DNA from: Adineta vaga
Taxonomy: Eukaryota; Animalia; Rotifera
Direction: 5' to 3'
Length of the DNA stretch: 64,000 bases
NCBI GenBank assembly: GCA_021613535.1
Contig: CP075492.1
Location: 9,920,001 to 9,984,000 of the forward strand
Below are positions 32,101 through 44,476 of this stretch, piece after piece. The notes beneath the pieces were generated by a model. That model was not told the origin of the DNA. It did no database searches and was given only the letters and a program-made list of their open reading frames with translations. Every line of letters begins with the position of its first letter. Positions within the stretch are counted from its first letter, which is position 1. A program made the position numbers and the translations under genes.

Positions 32101-34522
32101 ATGAAATTGAAGAAAAAATTAGTCAACATTTTAATTATGGTAGTGGTGTTTGCTTGGGGTATGACAATATCTTTTTGTGGTTGATTTAATATTTGTATTT
32201 CAATGAAATATACTTTCTTTTTAGAGCTGATCTTTATCGTGCATCGGGTAAATTTGAATTACTCGATCGTATATTACCAAAATTTAAAGCAACTAATCAT
32301 CGAATTTTACTTTTCTGTCAGATGACTTCATTAATGACTATTATGGAAGATTATTTTGTTTATAAAAGTATGTGAATCTATTTATTTTGTTTGTTTTTTA
32401 TTATTTCTACTTTGCTTTCATAGATTTCACTTATTTACGTCTTGATGGACAAACTAAATCGGAAGAACGTGGAGATTTATTAGCAAAATTTAGTGAAGCA
32501 AATTCGGATATATTCATTTTTCTCTTATCAACACGTGCTGGTGGATTAGGTTTGAATTTACAAACAGCAGATACAGTTATTATCTTCGATTCAGATTGGA
32601 ATCCACATCAAGTATGTTCATTTTGTTTTCTATAAAAAAACTAATATTTTATTCTATGTTTTTATCAGGATTTACAAGCTCAAGATCGTGCACATCGTAT
32701 TGGTCAAGTAAATGAAGTTCGTGTTCTTCGTTTAATGACTGTCAATAGTGTTGAAGAGAAAATCTTAGCTGCGGCTCGTTATAAATTAAATGTCGATGAA
32801 AAAGTTATTCAAGCTGGTATGTTCAACAATAAATCGACTGGTAATGAACGGCAACAATTTCTAAAACAAATTCTTCTACAAGAAACAGAAGAAGGTGGTG
32901 AAGAAGAAGATGAACTACCTGATGATGAAATTATCAATCAAATGATTGCACGAAGTGAAGAGGAGTATAATCTGTTCATTGTAAGATAAAATTGTATTTG
33001 TTGGTTCGAAGATGATTTATTTCTTCTTGTTTTTGTTTAGAAAATGGATCGAGAACGAAGACATGCAGAAGCTCGATTAACAACTAGAAAATCACGATTA
33101 TTTGAAATATCAGAATTACCAGCATGGTTAACAAAAGATCCAAAAGAATTGGAAAATGCCATACTTGATCAAGAAACATTAGATTTACTTGGACGAGGTT
33201 CAAGACATAGAAAAGAAGTTGATTATTCCGATTCATTAACAGAAAAAGAATGGTTAAAGGTAATATAAACGATCAATCGAGTCCGTATTCATTTTTATAT
33301 GATTATTCATTTTTGTAGGCTGTTGAAGATGGTACATTGAATTCTACCGAACTCGAGAAAAAAAGTCGACGAAAACGTCGTACTCTCAATGCTGATATGG
33401 ACGATGATGATGATCAACATGATGATCTCGATGTTCGACACGGTGATCATGACATTGATGGAAGTGATTCAAAATCTGGTAAACGAAGTGGAAAACGTAA
33501 ATTGAAAGATTCACAAAAGTTTTATCGAAATGAGCCCATACCATCGAAATTATATAAACAAATGCAAGCTATATTAGATTTTGTTATTAAATATCGTGAT
33601 GAGTATGTATTAGCTAGAAAAATCTTTGTTTAATTATTCTCTTAATGAAATATTCTATTTGACTTTTAGTGAAGATAATCGAATTTTAAGTAAACCATTT
33701 ATGCGTTTACCAACACCAAAAGAATTACCAGAATATTACGAATTGATAAGACATCCAGTTGATTTCAATAAAATTAAGGTTTGTTAATTGATTATTTGAA
33801 TAAGAAAAAGAGAGAGAGAGAGATTTATCTTATATTTTCTTTTAGAAAAGACTTGGTGAATATCGTTATCGAAGTTTAGATGATCTCGAAGCTGATGTGA
33901 TGCTTTTATGTAAAAATGCTCAAGAATTCAATGTAGAAAATTCGAATGTAAGATTTAAAGTCAATAGAAAGATTTTGTTTTATTGATTTTTTTCTTTTTC
34001 AGATTCACGAAGATTCAATTATTCTTCAATCAGTATTTACAAATGCACGTGAACGTCTTGAAAAAGGTGAAATATCAATTAGTTCAAATTCGGAAGATGA
34101 ATCCGATGATGATGGTAGGAACAAAAATATTGTTTAAACTTAACGAAAACAATAATGACATACGAAATTTGATTTCTAGAACCACTGAAAAAACGAGTCA
34201 AGAAAGAAGATGGTCCAAAAAAGGTAAGAATAAACGATTTCTTAATTAAAGAATCGATTTTATTTTTTTGTTGTTTTAGAAATCTCATACTCAATCACGT
34301 ACACCAGGAAGTGTCAGTAGTAATTCAAATAGTCGACGTAAAACTCGTGTAATGAGTGATGATGAAGATATGACGATGGATGAAACAAATCAGGTATGTT
34401 TTCAATGAACATCTTGTTGCATGTTTCTATTGATTTTTCTTTTATCATTCATTTAGTCCTTTTATGGTGGTCTTGAAGATGATGATGAAGGAACTCGTGG
34501 TTCTGGTTCACGTCTCAAATGA
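29176..34522 (+). CDS. SMARCA2/4: SWI/SNF ATPase Brahma/BRG1 (QLQ, HSA, BRK, SNF2 ATPase, SnAC, bromodomain)
   Basis: QIHAYKYL (QLQ), [54 protein letters not shown], bromodomain [13 protein letters not shown]. There is an apparent -1 indel at 30640-30645. Confidence 0.96.
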
Positions 34523-34655
34523 AGAAATCCTTGTTTTTTTTTCTCTTTTTCTCTTCGAAATTTCTGTCACTGTATGCGTATTTTAGCTATACTGTCAAAT
34601 GTATATGTGTGTGAGTGTGTGTATTATATTCTAAAGAGAAGAGCGTGAAAAAGTG

Positions 34656-34681
34656 AAGAAGAAGAAGAAGAAGAAGAAGAG
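34656..34681. repeat. (AAG)n microsatellite in the SMARCA 3' region
   Basis: aagaagaagaagaagaagaagaaga. Confidence 0.85.
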
Positions 34682-35254
34682 ACGTTGTCGTGAGCATCGA
34701 TCCGAGCACGAACAGTTTTTCTGTGCAATATTTGCATGAACTGGAAACTTCCTCTTTCTTTCTTTCTTTTTCTCTCTCACGCATTTATTATTTTCGTTTG
34801 TACATTTCATTCATTCTTTCTTTCTTTCATTCATTCATTCTCATCAATGATGCGCTCGTATGTCGTTGTTCCTTTTGTTCTTATATTATTCTTCTTCATT
34901 TCTTTGACTCAAAGAATAAGAAAACAAATCTTCTATTCATTCAAACAAAACAAAACAAAACAGACAAATAAATATCTAACGACCATGTGTCTAACACACT
35001 CCTCATCTAATGGAAGGTTAACATGTATCAAGATTTATCTTATTGAGGATTGAAGAGTAGAATAAGAAGAGGATTATTGATTAGAATAGTCTCGTCTGAG
35101 ATTTATATGTATATCTGTTATTAATTGGATGAAACGTGCTTAACTTTTGTCGTTTGAATTGTCTGGTGAGACAAATAAATTCTCACCTCATCATGAAAAT
35201 TTTCATTTCAACTGCAGAAAAATGTTTGATCATCCTTCTGTTCTACATAGTAAG

Positions 35255-37847
35255 ATGTTTTTAGTAACTCTCTATTTTCATGAACAGTTTTGGTTTGTAT
35301 TAGTATTGGTTTTCGTTACCTTCCATGGAACGTTTAGTTCATTTGTGAATCAAACAACAACGACAACAACAACTTCCTTTTCCATGGAAAATTCAACAAC
35401 TGTTTTGAAAAAATTAGCTAAATGTATTCCTATATATAAACTTCTAAGATTGCATACTATACTTCATTTTTCGTTTCAATAGATACACTTCAAGAGAAAT
35501 TAAATGGTAGAAAATATATGTCTGAAATTGGTTCTCGTTGTTCAGGTAGATTATATTTAATTGTTTATAAATAGTAATGGCTTGATGATATTTGAAACGT
35601 TTTAGAGGATGGATTTTTTCCTGATAAAGATGATTGTCGAAAATTTCATGTTTGTTTCAGTGGTACACAATCTGTTCGTCGATGTAAAGAAGGAATGTTA
35701 TGGGATGCAATGAAGATTGGTTGTAGTATGCAAAATATGACAATATGTGCAGATGGTCGAAAAAAATGGAATCTAGATGAAGGTATAAGTCTTTAGAAAT
35801 AAATTGTGACCATCAATAAACAAAATTTAGATACGACAGGTGGTGTGTCGAAATCCATTAGAGCAAATTATACATGCCGTCCAGGTGCAAATGGTTTATT
35901 TGCTGATCCAAGTTCATGTTCAATTTATCATTGGTGTGTTCTTGGTATACTACATTCGACACATTTTTGTAATCCAGGTTTACATTTTTCTGCAAGTGCT
36001 AGTGGATGTGTTTTACCAAAAGATGCTGAATGTAAGTGAAATAGTAGAGAATAAACTGACAACTAATATCAATTTGATTAGTTCTGACTTTAAATTACTT
36101 TTCTTTTTTGAAGTGTACATACTATGATCTAGCTCGAGAATATATTATTCTTATTCGCTTATAGCTCTTAATCTTATCTATAAATAGAACGAGCACGCAA
36201 GACAAAGAAAGCAAAAGTCTCAACCATTGTGCATGTCGTCAACACTGTACGTTAAGTGTTGATATTTGCTGTTTTCACCTTGAATGCGCCATATGCATAT
36301 ATCTTCAGTAGAAATTGTCAAAAAGTACTACAATAGGAAGAATGGAAAAAAAGAACATATATTTCATGATACTGTTGATTGATATGAAATATGTGTATAA
36401 ATGACCATTTTCATGTTTCTATATCTTAATTTCAACTAACCTTTTACAATGACTTTTTAGGTGAAGGACAAATTGCTCCACCATATTCATCCATTGAATG
36501 TGCATTAGGTAGTTCAGGCTATTTTCCTGATCCATATGATTGTTCGGTATTTCATTATTGTGATGGTAAAGAAAAGATCATTCAGAAATTGATGAATATA
36601 ACTATTTTCATTTGAATTTAGGAGCAAAAGTTCGAAGTGAAGCATTACTCTGTTCAGAAGGTCGTGTCTGGAGTTCAAGTAAGGTTTTATCTATCAACTA
36701 ACAAAATAAACTAATTCATCGTTGACCTTTTCATAGAATTAGAAAATTGTGCTTTACCTCTTGAAGTTCCAGAATGTATGTAATTATCCAGTTCTTCTAA
36801 TCAGTTGAATAGATCAAATTTGATTTTCTCTAGGTCAAAATTCTTGTCCACCGAGTTATTCAAGTCAAATGCGTTTTTCTGATCCAGTTGTATGTTCGCA
36901 ATATATTCAATGTGTTGATGGAAGTTTACAACCAAGAACATGTTTGAATAATTTATTTTTTGATCGTATTACTAAAACTTGTAAACCATACGATCAAGCT
37001 GAATGTCATGGTGATAAACCTGGATCTTCATTTATTGGCACTACCAATGCTCCATGTAAGTCAATCGTTGTTGACTGTTTCTTATTTCTTTTTGAATTTA
37101 ATGAATTAGATCTTTCATCGGATATATCGAATGGTAATTCAATCTTATCCGATGGAGTCAATAAAAAACGAGTTGTTCCATTTGCTTGTATTGGTAAATT
37201 GATTGAAATATAAGTTTTTGTTGTTTTACTTCAAGTTAAATTTGATTTAGTTGATGGTTATTTTGGTGATCCACAAGATTGTCGAATCTATCATGTTTGT
37301 GATGATGGACGTGATTATCGTTCAATTTGTGCTTCAGGTCTTTATTGGGAATCCTTATTACGTTTGTGTATGCCATCTCATCTTGTTAATTGTCAAAAAT
37401 CGAAATCAATCGATTCATCGTCAGGTAATTTGAGCTCGAATGTTTCTCTTTATTTTACACGAACAAAAAACGTTTTTCTCTTCTAGGATCATCAAAGAGA
37501 AACTGGTTTCAGTTATTTACTCGTTCGGTTATAAAATCGACGACGACAATGACAACAGCTACAACAACAACATTGACAGCAACATCAATATTACCCTCGA
37601 TTTTTACCTGTGCTGGGCGTATCAGTGGTTATTATCCTGATCCAGTCCATTGTCATAAATTTCATTATTGCGGCACAGGTATGTATAGATAAATTTCTAT
37701 TTTGATTATTATCATTCTTTTCTCTTCATAGGTTGGCATAGCGTGATGGAATGTGATAAAGGTTTGGCATATTCAGCTCGAGAACACGAATGTATACCTA
37801 TTGAAATGGCTAATTGTAATAATGTTAAAACAACAACGAATTTATAA
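35255..37847 (+). CDS. Secreted chitin-binding peritrophin-A (CBM14/ChtBD2) protein with 6 domains and T-rich linkers
   Basis: Six Cys-patterned repeats: GFFPDKDDCRKFHVC, GLFADPSSCSIYHWC, GYFPDPYDCSVFHYC, FSDPVVCSQYIQC, GYFGDPQDCRIYHVC, GYYPDPVHCHKFHYC; hydrophobic N-terminus. The start codon is uncertain. Confidence 0.87.
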
Positions 37848-38367
37848 AAGCAAATAATCTCTTCTTTTCTTTTCTGTCATTTTCTGCTGAAAAGCCTAGT
37901 ACGACAATTTATTTAATCGAATAAAACGAAATTGAAGATTTTATTATATTAACCATATGCGTATTTTTCCCTTGATTACGATGCGATTTTTCGTTACGAT
38001 AACAAAATGTATTGAGTTATTTTCATCCAGTAGTGTATCCTATGTCTCTCAATTGCTCGAGAGCGAGAGAAAGAAAGAAAAAATGCTTTTCAGAAGCGCC
38101 AATGTAAACGTGTAGAAAAAGGAGGAAAGAAAAAGGGTAGAAATATTCAACGTATATAAAGTTAGAAGAGACAAAAATACACGCAAAACATTGTTCTTTG
38201 CGCACTCTTTTCGAACTACGACATGGTAGAGACAATTTCTCAATGTTCTCTTATTCTTTTTCTTTAAAGATAAAAAAGAAGTTTTATTGATTTTTTACTC
38301 GAGCAATTTATTTACTATAAATTGGAATTTGTACTAAGAATATACATGCTGTAATTTTACGAATACA

Positions 38368-41347
38368 ATGTCTGTTCTTGCGACAATTATACAGGATGAT
38401 ATTTCAACAGCTACTATACAGAAAGGTTTCTATGCACTTGCCGCATGTACGGTAATTGGTGCGGCAGTTTATGCAGGATATAAAGCTGCTGAACCTGAGA
38501 AAAAACAATTACCTTCTCATCGTCATCCAGAATCAAACGAACAGGTAAGAGGATGAAAATAATTTTCTTTCAATTGTCTTCTCGTTTTACTAATCACAAA
38601 GAGATATGATGCCAACATTTCTCTTCTTCTCTTTTACGTCATCAATACATATATTAGAACACGACAGACACTCAAAGAAAAATTATCCTTTCTTTTTATC
38701 TTAGAGTAAAGAACGAACAAGCCTCTACTTCATAATATTCCTATAATATGCATAGTACACTCTTTCATCCCATCTTGCAAAGAAAGTATTAAGAATGATG
38801 TAGAAAGATAGAGATAAGAATCAATAGTCATATTTATTATGATCATAAATAGCAAAGATGTCTGTATGAGAATCGAAACGAAAAATAAACAAAAATTAAA
38901 TCACATTTTAGTAATGATTGCTAAATATATTTCTCTTTTCGATGCTTGACGTTCGATTAAAACTTGATCATTACGGATACATATAAACTATTTTCTTCTG
39001 ATGTTTATAATTATTTTATCACTATGAAATTTCCTGTCACAACGATAATTACTTCCGCTTCTTGACACAGATTTACAATTGTATTTTTCTGACATATAAA
39101 CTCGAATTTTTTTCGGATAGTCAGTAAATGATTTATTTTAATACCTTGACTTGATTTGTCTTTGTCTAATAGATTGAAAAGGTTCTTGAACCTCTACGTC
39201 TTCGTGATGATACGCTTCGATATATTATGCAATTGCTTGATCGAGAAATGGATGCTGGTCTATCTCCAGCAACACATGCGACAGCTGATGTAAAAATGTT
39301 TCCAACTTATGTTCGAAATATAGCAGATGGATCCGAAACTGGCCAAGTGCTTGCACTTGACTTAGGTGGAACTAATTTTCGTGTTTTATTAGTTAATTTA
39401 TTACCACAATCAAAAGTTGATTTGACATCAAAAATTTTTGTTATACCACAATCAATTATGCTTGGTGAAGGAGTGAATGTAAAATAATAATTGTTTGTTT
39501 TTTTTGTAAAAAGAAATGTTATACTTCGATTTTTATAGTTATTTCGTCATCTTGCCGATTGTCTGATGGATTTTATGAATAGAGAAAATTTGAATAAACC
39601 CGGTGTTCGTTATCCATTAGGTTTTACTTTTTCATTTCCATGTAAACAAGAAGGTTTAGCTTCAGCACGATTATCTACATGGACAAAAGGTTTTACTTGT
39701 TCGGGTGTTGTGAATGAAGATGTGGTCAAAATGCTTCAAACAGCAATTGATGAAAAAGTATAACATTCGTTTCATTTGTGTTTCTTTTCTCATTGATCGA
39801 TTTTATTTAGAATATCAATGTTGAATGTGTTGCACTTGTTAATGATACTGTTGGTACATTAATGGCATGTGCATATAAAGATCCGAATACAGAAATTGGT
39901 CTAATATTAGGGACAGGTACAAATGCATGTTATATGGAAAAACTAGATCGAGTTGGTACATGGGATGGTGATTATAATGATCCGAAACAAGTAATTATTA
40001 ATATGGAATGGGGTGCATTTGGTAATAATGGCTATTTGAATAATATTCGAACGAAATATGATGAAGAAGTAGATCTTTCATCTGTCAATCCTGGAAAACA
40101 AATGTTAGTAGAAAGAAATGTTTTCTAAAAGAAAAATAATTTTCTTTTTCTTAAAAATTTAGTTTCGAAAAAATGATTAGTGGAATGTATATGGGTGAAA
40201 TTGTTCGTTTAATAATTCTCGATTTAATACATCAAAATTTATTATTCATTGGTAAATGCAATGAATCTGATGATTTTAAAACACCTTTATTTACACGTGG
40301 TGGATTCTATACGAAATTCGTTAGTACTGTAGAAATGGATGAAGGTATTGGATTTTCAAACACAAGACGTGTTCTGGAAGATGTTGGTATTAGAAATCCA
40401 ACTTATGATGATTGTGCAGTTGTACAACATATCTGCAAAATTGTTTCAAAACGTGCAGCAAGATTAGCTGGTGCAGGTAAAAATAATATGTTATCCGTAA
40501 GGTGCGTGATGCAATGCCCTAGACTCGTCATCTTTAGAGTATAAAGGTGCATATTTGCGTACGAAAAGAATACCCCATCTATGAATTTGTCGTGACTAAT
40601 CGTTGTCATTGTGTTATACATGAATGATTTCATATCAGAATTTCCTATAAAAGACGTTTTTCTTTTTTCAGGTCTTGCTGTGCTTATTAATCGTATCAAT
40701 AAATCAAATGTTACTGTCGGTGTTGATGGTTCGCTCTATCGTTATCATCCAAGATTTGGACGAAATATGGAAAAATGTATGCAAATATTAGTTCGTAAAA
40801 ATACCAAGGTATGATTTGAATATTTCACTTTACAAAAAAAGAACTACGTTCAGGAAGAGAAACACATCTTCATCTAACATGTAATATGAAAACGGAAATT
40901 CCTAATATTTCAGTTTGTACTTCAATTATCAAATGATGGTTCAGGTATCGGTGCTGCATTGACTGTGGCAGCAGCAAAAGCATTGCTTGATTCGTAAAAA
41001 AAGATTCTCTTACAGATCAAAACAGCATAAAGCATCGTACGTGTATGCTAGATCAAATTGTGCTTAAATGGGAATAGGTCAATTAACGCTTGTTTTCTAA
41101 TTCAATCGCTTATTTTCAGATTTATTTTCTAATAACCTCTTGTTTTTTTTTCATTTAGTTCAAATTAAGTATATCAGATGATGGTAGTGGAAAAGGAGCA
41201 GGATTAATTGCTGTGGTCGCCGAACGTTATTTAAAACGAACTTTACGATCGAAACCAGTGTTATTCAATCATGATGATGAAAAATCTCGTATACAATTTC
41301 AAAAACATATGTCTTCATCTGAATCTCCCGTGTCATTAATTTTCTGA
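38368..41347 (+). CDS. HK: Hexokinase (single domain) with an N-terminal hydrophobic anchor and two alternative last exons (40914-40997; 41159-41347)
   Basis: VKMFPTYV, LALDLGGTNFRV, PLGFTFSFPC, WTKGF, VNDTVGT, ILGTGTNACYME, INMEWGAFG, FEKMISGMYMGE, DGSG. Confidence 0.96.
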
Positions 41348-42545
41348 GTTAAATAATTCCCTTAATTCTGCTGTTTTGTTTTGTTTTGTTTCTACGCTCA
41401 ATATTTATATAGAAAAATGTGTCACGAAAAAGAAACCTTTAGGATCTCTTTTATCTTTCTTTTGCTTTTTTTTTATTTCAAAAATACTTCATTTGTGTTT
41501 GTTAGATGTCGATCGAATCAGAAGATTTGATCTGGATATATTGTATCTTTTCTTTTGTCTATCATTAGTACCAAATACAAGTCAAGTTTAGTCTATGCAA
41601 AATTATATGATTTAGTAACTTATCTCTTAGAAGAAGAAGAAAACAAAACAAAACACTCTTGATTTCATACTCGCTATATTGAGGAAGAAAAACACATGAT
41701 AAGATAATGAATCATAGTTAAATATCGATATTACCATCTATGGATATTAGAAAAGGAATGGTACACTAATCTGTAACGAAAAACAAACTAGTTTTTCTTC
41801 AAATCAATCATCTTAATATTCTCTTTTCAATAGAAGACACGCATTGCATGCAAAAAAAAAATCATGCTATTAAACGTTTTCATATGTACATTCACTACGA
41901 CATATTTGATTATATCGAAAAAGTAATATATCAGTAATACATTCAACGTATGTGTCATTGTAAGTAAGAGTGATGGTATGTTTTGATTTGTAATGAGTAA
42001 TATTATGATTCAGTTGAGATGGCGACTATCAGAAAGATATACTTATAAGGTTTGTTTTTGTGTTGTTGACGTTATTGGTATGATGTGGCATCCCGAGAAA
42101 AAAAAGGATTTTTTTTTGTTTTCTATTCTGACAGCACATGACAACCTACGCCTTACTCCTTACAGCCAGAAACACATTTTTTATGCTAAAAGAAGAAAAT
42201 GTATTTAAACAGAAAAGAAGAAAGCAAATGACGAGTATTTTTCTCATTTTGTAGGTGGAGGCAACTCATAGCTAACTGAAAACTATGTTCGATGTCGTCA
42301 ATATATATATGTATAATGAGTCAAAAAAGAAGAAGAGAATAGTATTACATCCCATCTTGTATTTAAAAAAAAACGTATATAGTGAGACAGATACTTTTGC
42401 GTGTTCACTTTTGTTGATGATGATTGTACAGATGAAAACAACCTATACAAGTAGACGAATGTGTGTAAACATTCTTCTCGATCAAATCATGTAGAGTTTT
42501 GAAAGTTTACTTTAACAAAATATTTATTCCTATATTATTTTTCAG

Positions 42546-44266
42546 ATGGCTGAACCAAATTTAATTCTTATAAATGATACTCCGTCCACTTTACAATCAC
42601 TCGAAGAAACAAATTCTCCTGTCAATCAGTCAAACATTTCTATTGTAGAGGAACCAATTCAAATAACTACTAATAACAACGAGACGAGTTCTGACATAAA
42701 ATCGTCAACCACTTCACTGTTAGTAGTATCGGAAAAGTACACGCCGGATTATCATACAATAATGAGTAACGTTCGATTAGAATTATTACGACGAAATGCT
42801 CATACACGTTGTTGTATCGATGAAGGTGACAATGATTCTTTTGATGACGATGATGAAGCAACTACCATGAAAAATTCTTTATGTTCATCAATATCTGCAG
42901 TTACATCGAATTATAATGCAGCATCTTGTCCAATTTGTTTTGAATCTGCTCGATTACAATCATCTTCATGTTGTACATTTCAATGTTGTAATTCTTGTTG
43001 GTATACTCATGTATCAACAACAATAAATGATGGTCGTATAAAAGTATCTTGTATATCAAATGACTGCAGTAAATATTTAACTAAAGAATCAATACTGAAT
43101 TTTATTCGTTATGATTCAATATTACATGACCGTTATTTGAAACTCTATATTAATGCTAATCAAAATCCACGTGCTAAAACATGTAAAAGAAAATTTTCAT
43201 TAATTTGATTTAAATTTCTTCTTTTTTCGTAGGTCCACGTTGTTCTCATCTTTATTCACTTGATGAAATCAATGGACAAAACCCTAATAAAAAATTATCA
43301 AAAAAAGATGAAAATAAAAAGATTCCTAAACAAGTCCAATGTTCCGAATGTTCTTTAGTTTGGTGTTTTCGTTGTGCAGCACCATGGCATGCAAATCTGA
43401 CATGTAAACAATTTGCTAAAGGTGATAAACTATTATTAAAATGGATTAATCAAAAAAATGAAGATCAATGGAATGCAAGAAAATGTCCAAAATGTGCGTC
43501 ATTTATACAACGTGCTGGAGGTAAGTTGAAAGAACTAAAGAAGAAGAAAAGAATAATCATCTGTTTACTATTCATTTAGGATGTCCTCATATGACATGTT
43601 CATCATGTCAATGCGAATTTTGTTATTTATGTGGCCGACGATATTGTAAAATTCCCGTTGTTGGGCATCATAATAATAAATTTAGGTAATTATTCGCGGC
43701 TAGTCTTCTAGTCTATGAAAATTGTTAAACTTCTAAATGCATTTAGTATGTTTGGATGTCCATATATTCTTCATCCTGAAAAACCATGGCTTCGTCGAAC
43801 TATACGTGGTACAATTGCAACGAGTTTAATTGTCGCATCACCAGTCATTGTTGCCGGTGCTTTAACTGCTGCTGTTACTGTTCTACCAACATTTGGCGTT
43901 TACAAATTAGTTAAACATATACGAGCGCGTCGTCGAGCAGTAATATTGTCCAGAGATCATGTGATACCAGATTTGCTGGAAGAGAGAGAATTTGCGTTAT
44001 ATCATGAACAACTTGACACTGATTCCGACGATCTAGTACACAATGCTGATGAGTTTCAAATATTCCGTCAACAATTACTTGAACTTGAAACTCCACCAGA
44101 AACTTTAACTGTTGCATTTCCGTTATCTATTTTTGCTGATATGGATGTGGAAAATTTATTTACAGAACAAACACAATCAATATCAGATAATCTAGCAGAT
44201 TCCACAACATCTGCAGACGATATACAACAAACTTTCCCAACATTAAGCATGAGAACGGATAATTGA
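42546..44266 (+). CDS. RNF217: RBR E3 ubiquitin ligase, RNF217-like (RING1-IBR-RING2-TM)
   Basis: CPICFE..., KTCPRC, WCFRCAAPWH..GDKLLLKW, NARKCPKC..IQRAGGCPHMTC, SMFGCPY..PEKPWLRR, then a TM segment. Confidence 0.88.
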
Positions 44267-44476
44267 ACTCCAAAACATTATTATTCGGTTAATTAAGAAC
44301 ATTCATTCGCTACATTTTTTTTTGTAAAACAAAACGATGTTACTCGAGTGTGTATTTTTTTACATTGATTATGCAAAATGATAAATAAGGTTTTCTACTT
44401 TTTGAATTTAATTACTTTTTCTAAATAAAGATAAATCACAATCACGAAATTATTCGATTAATTATTATTATTTTAT

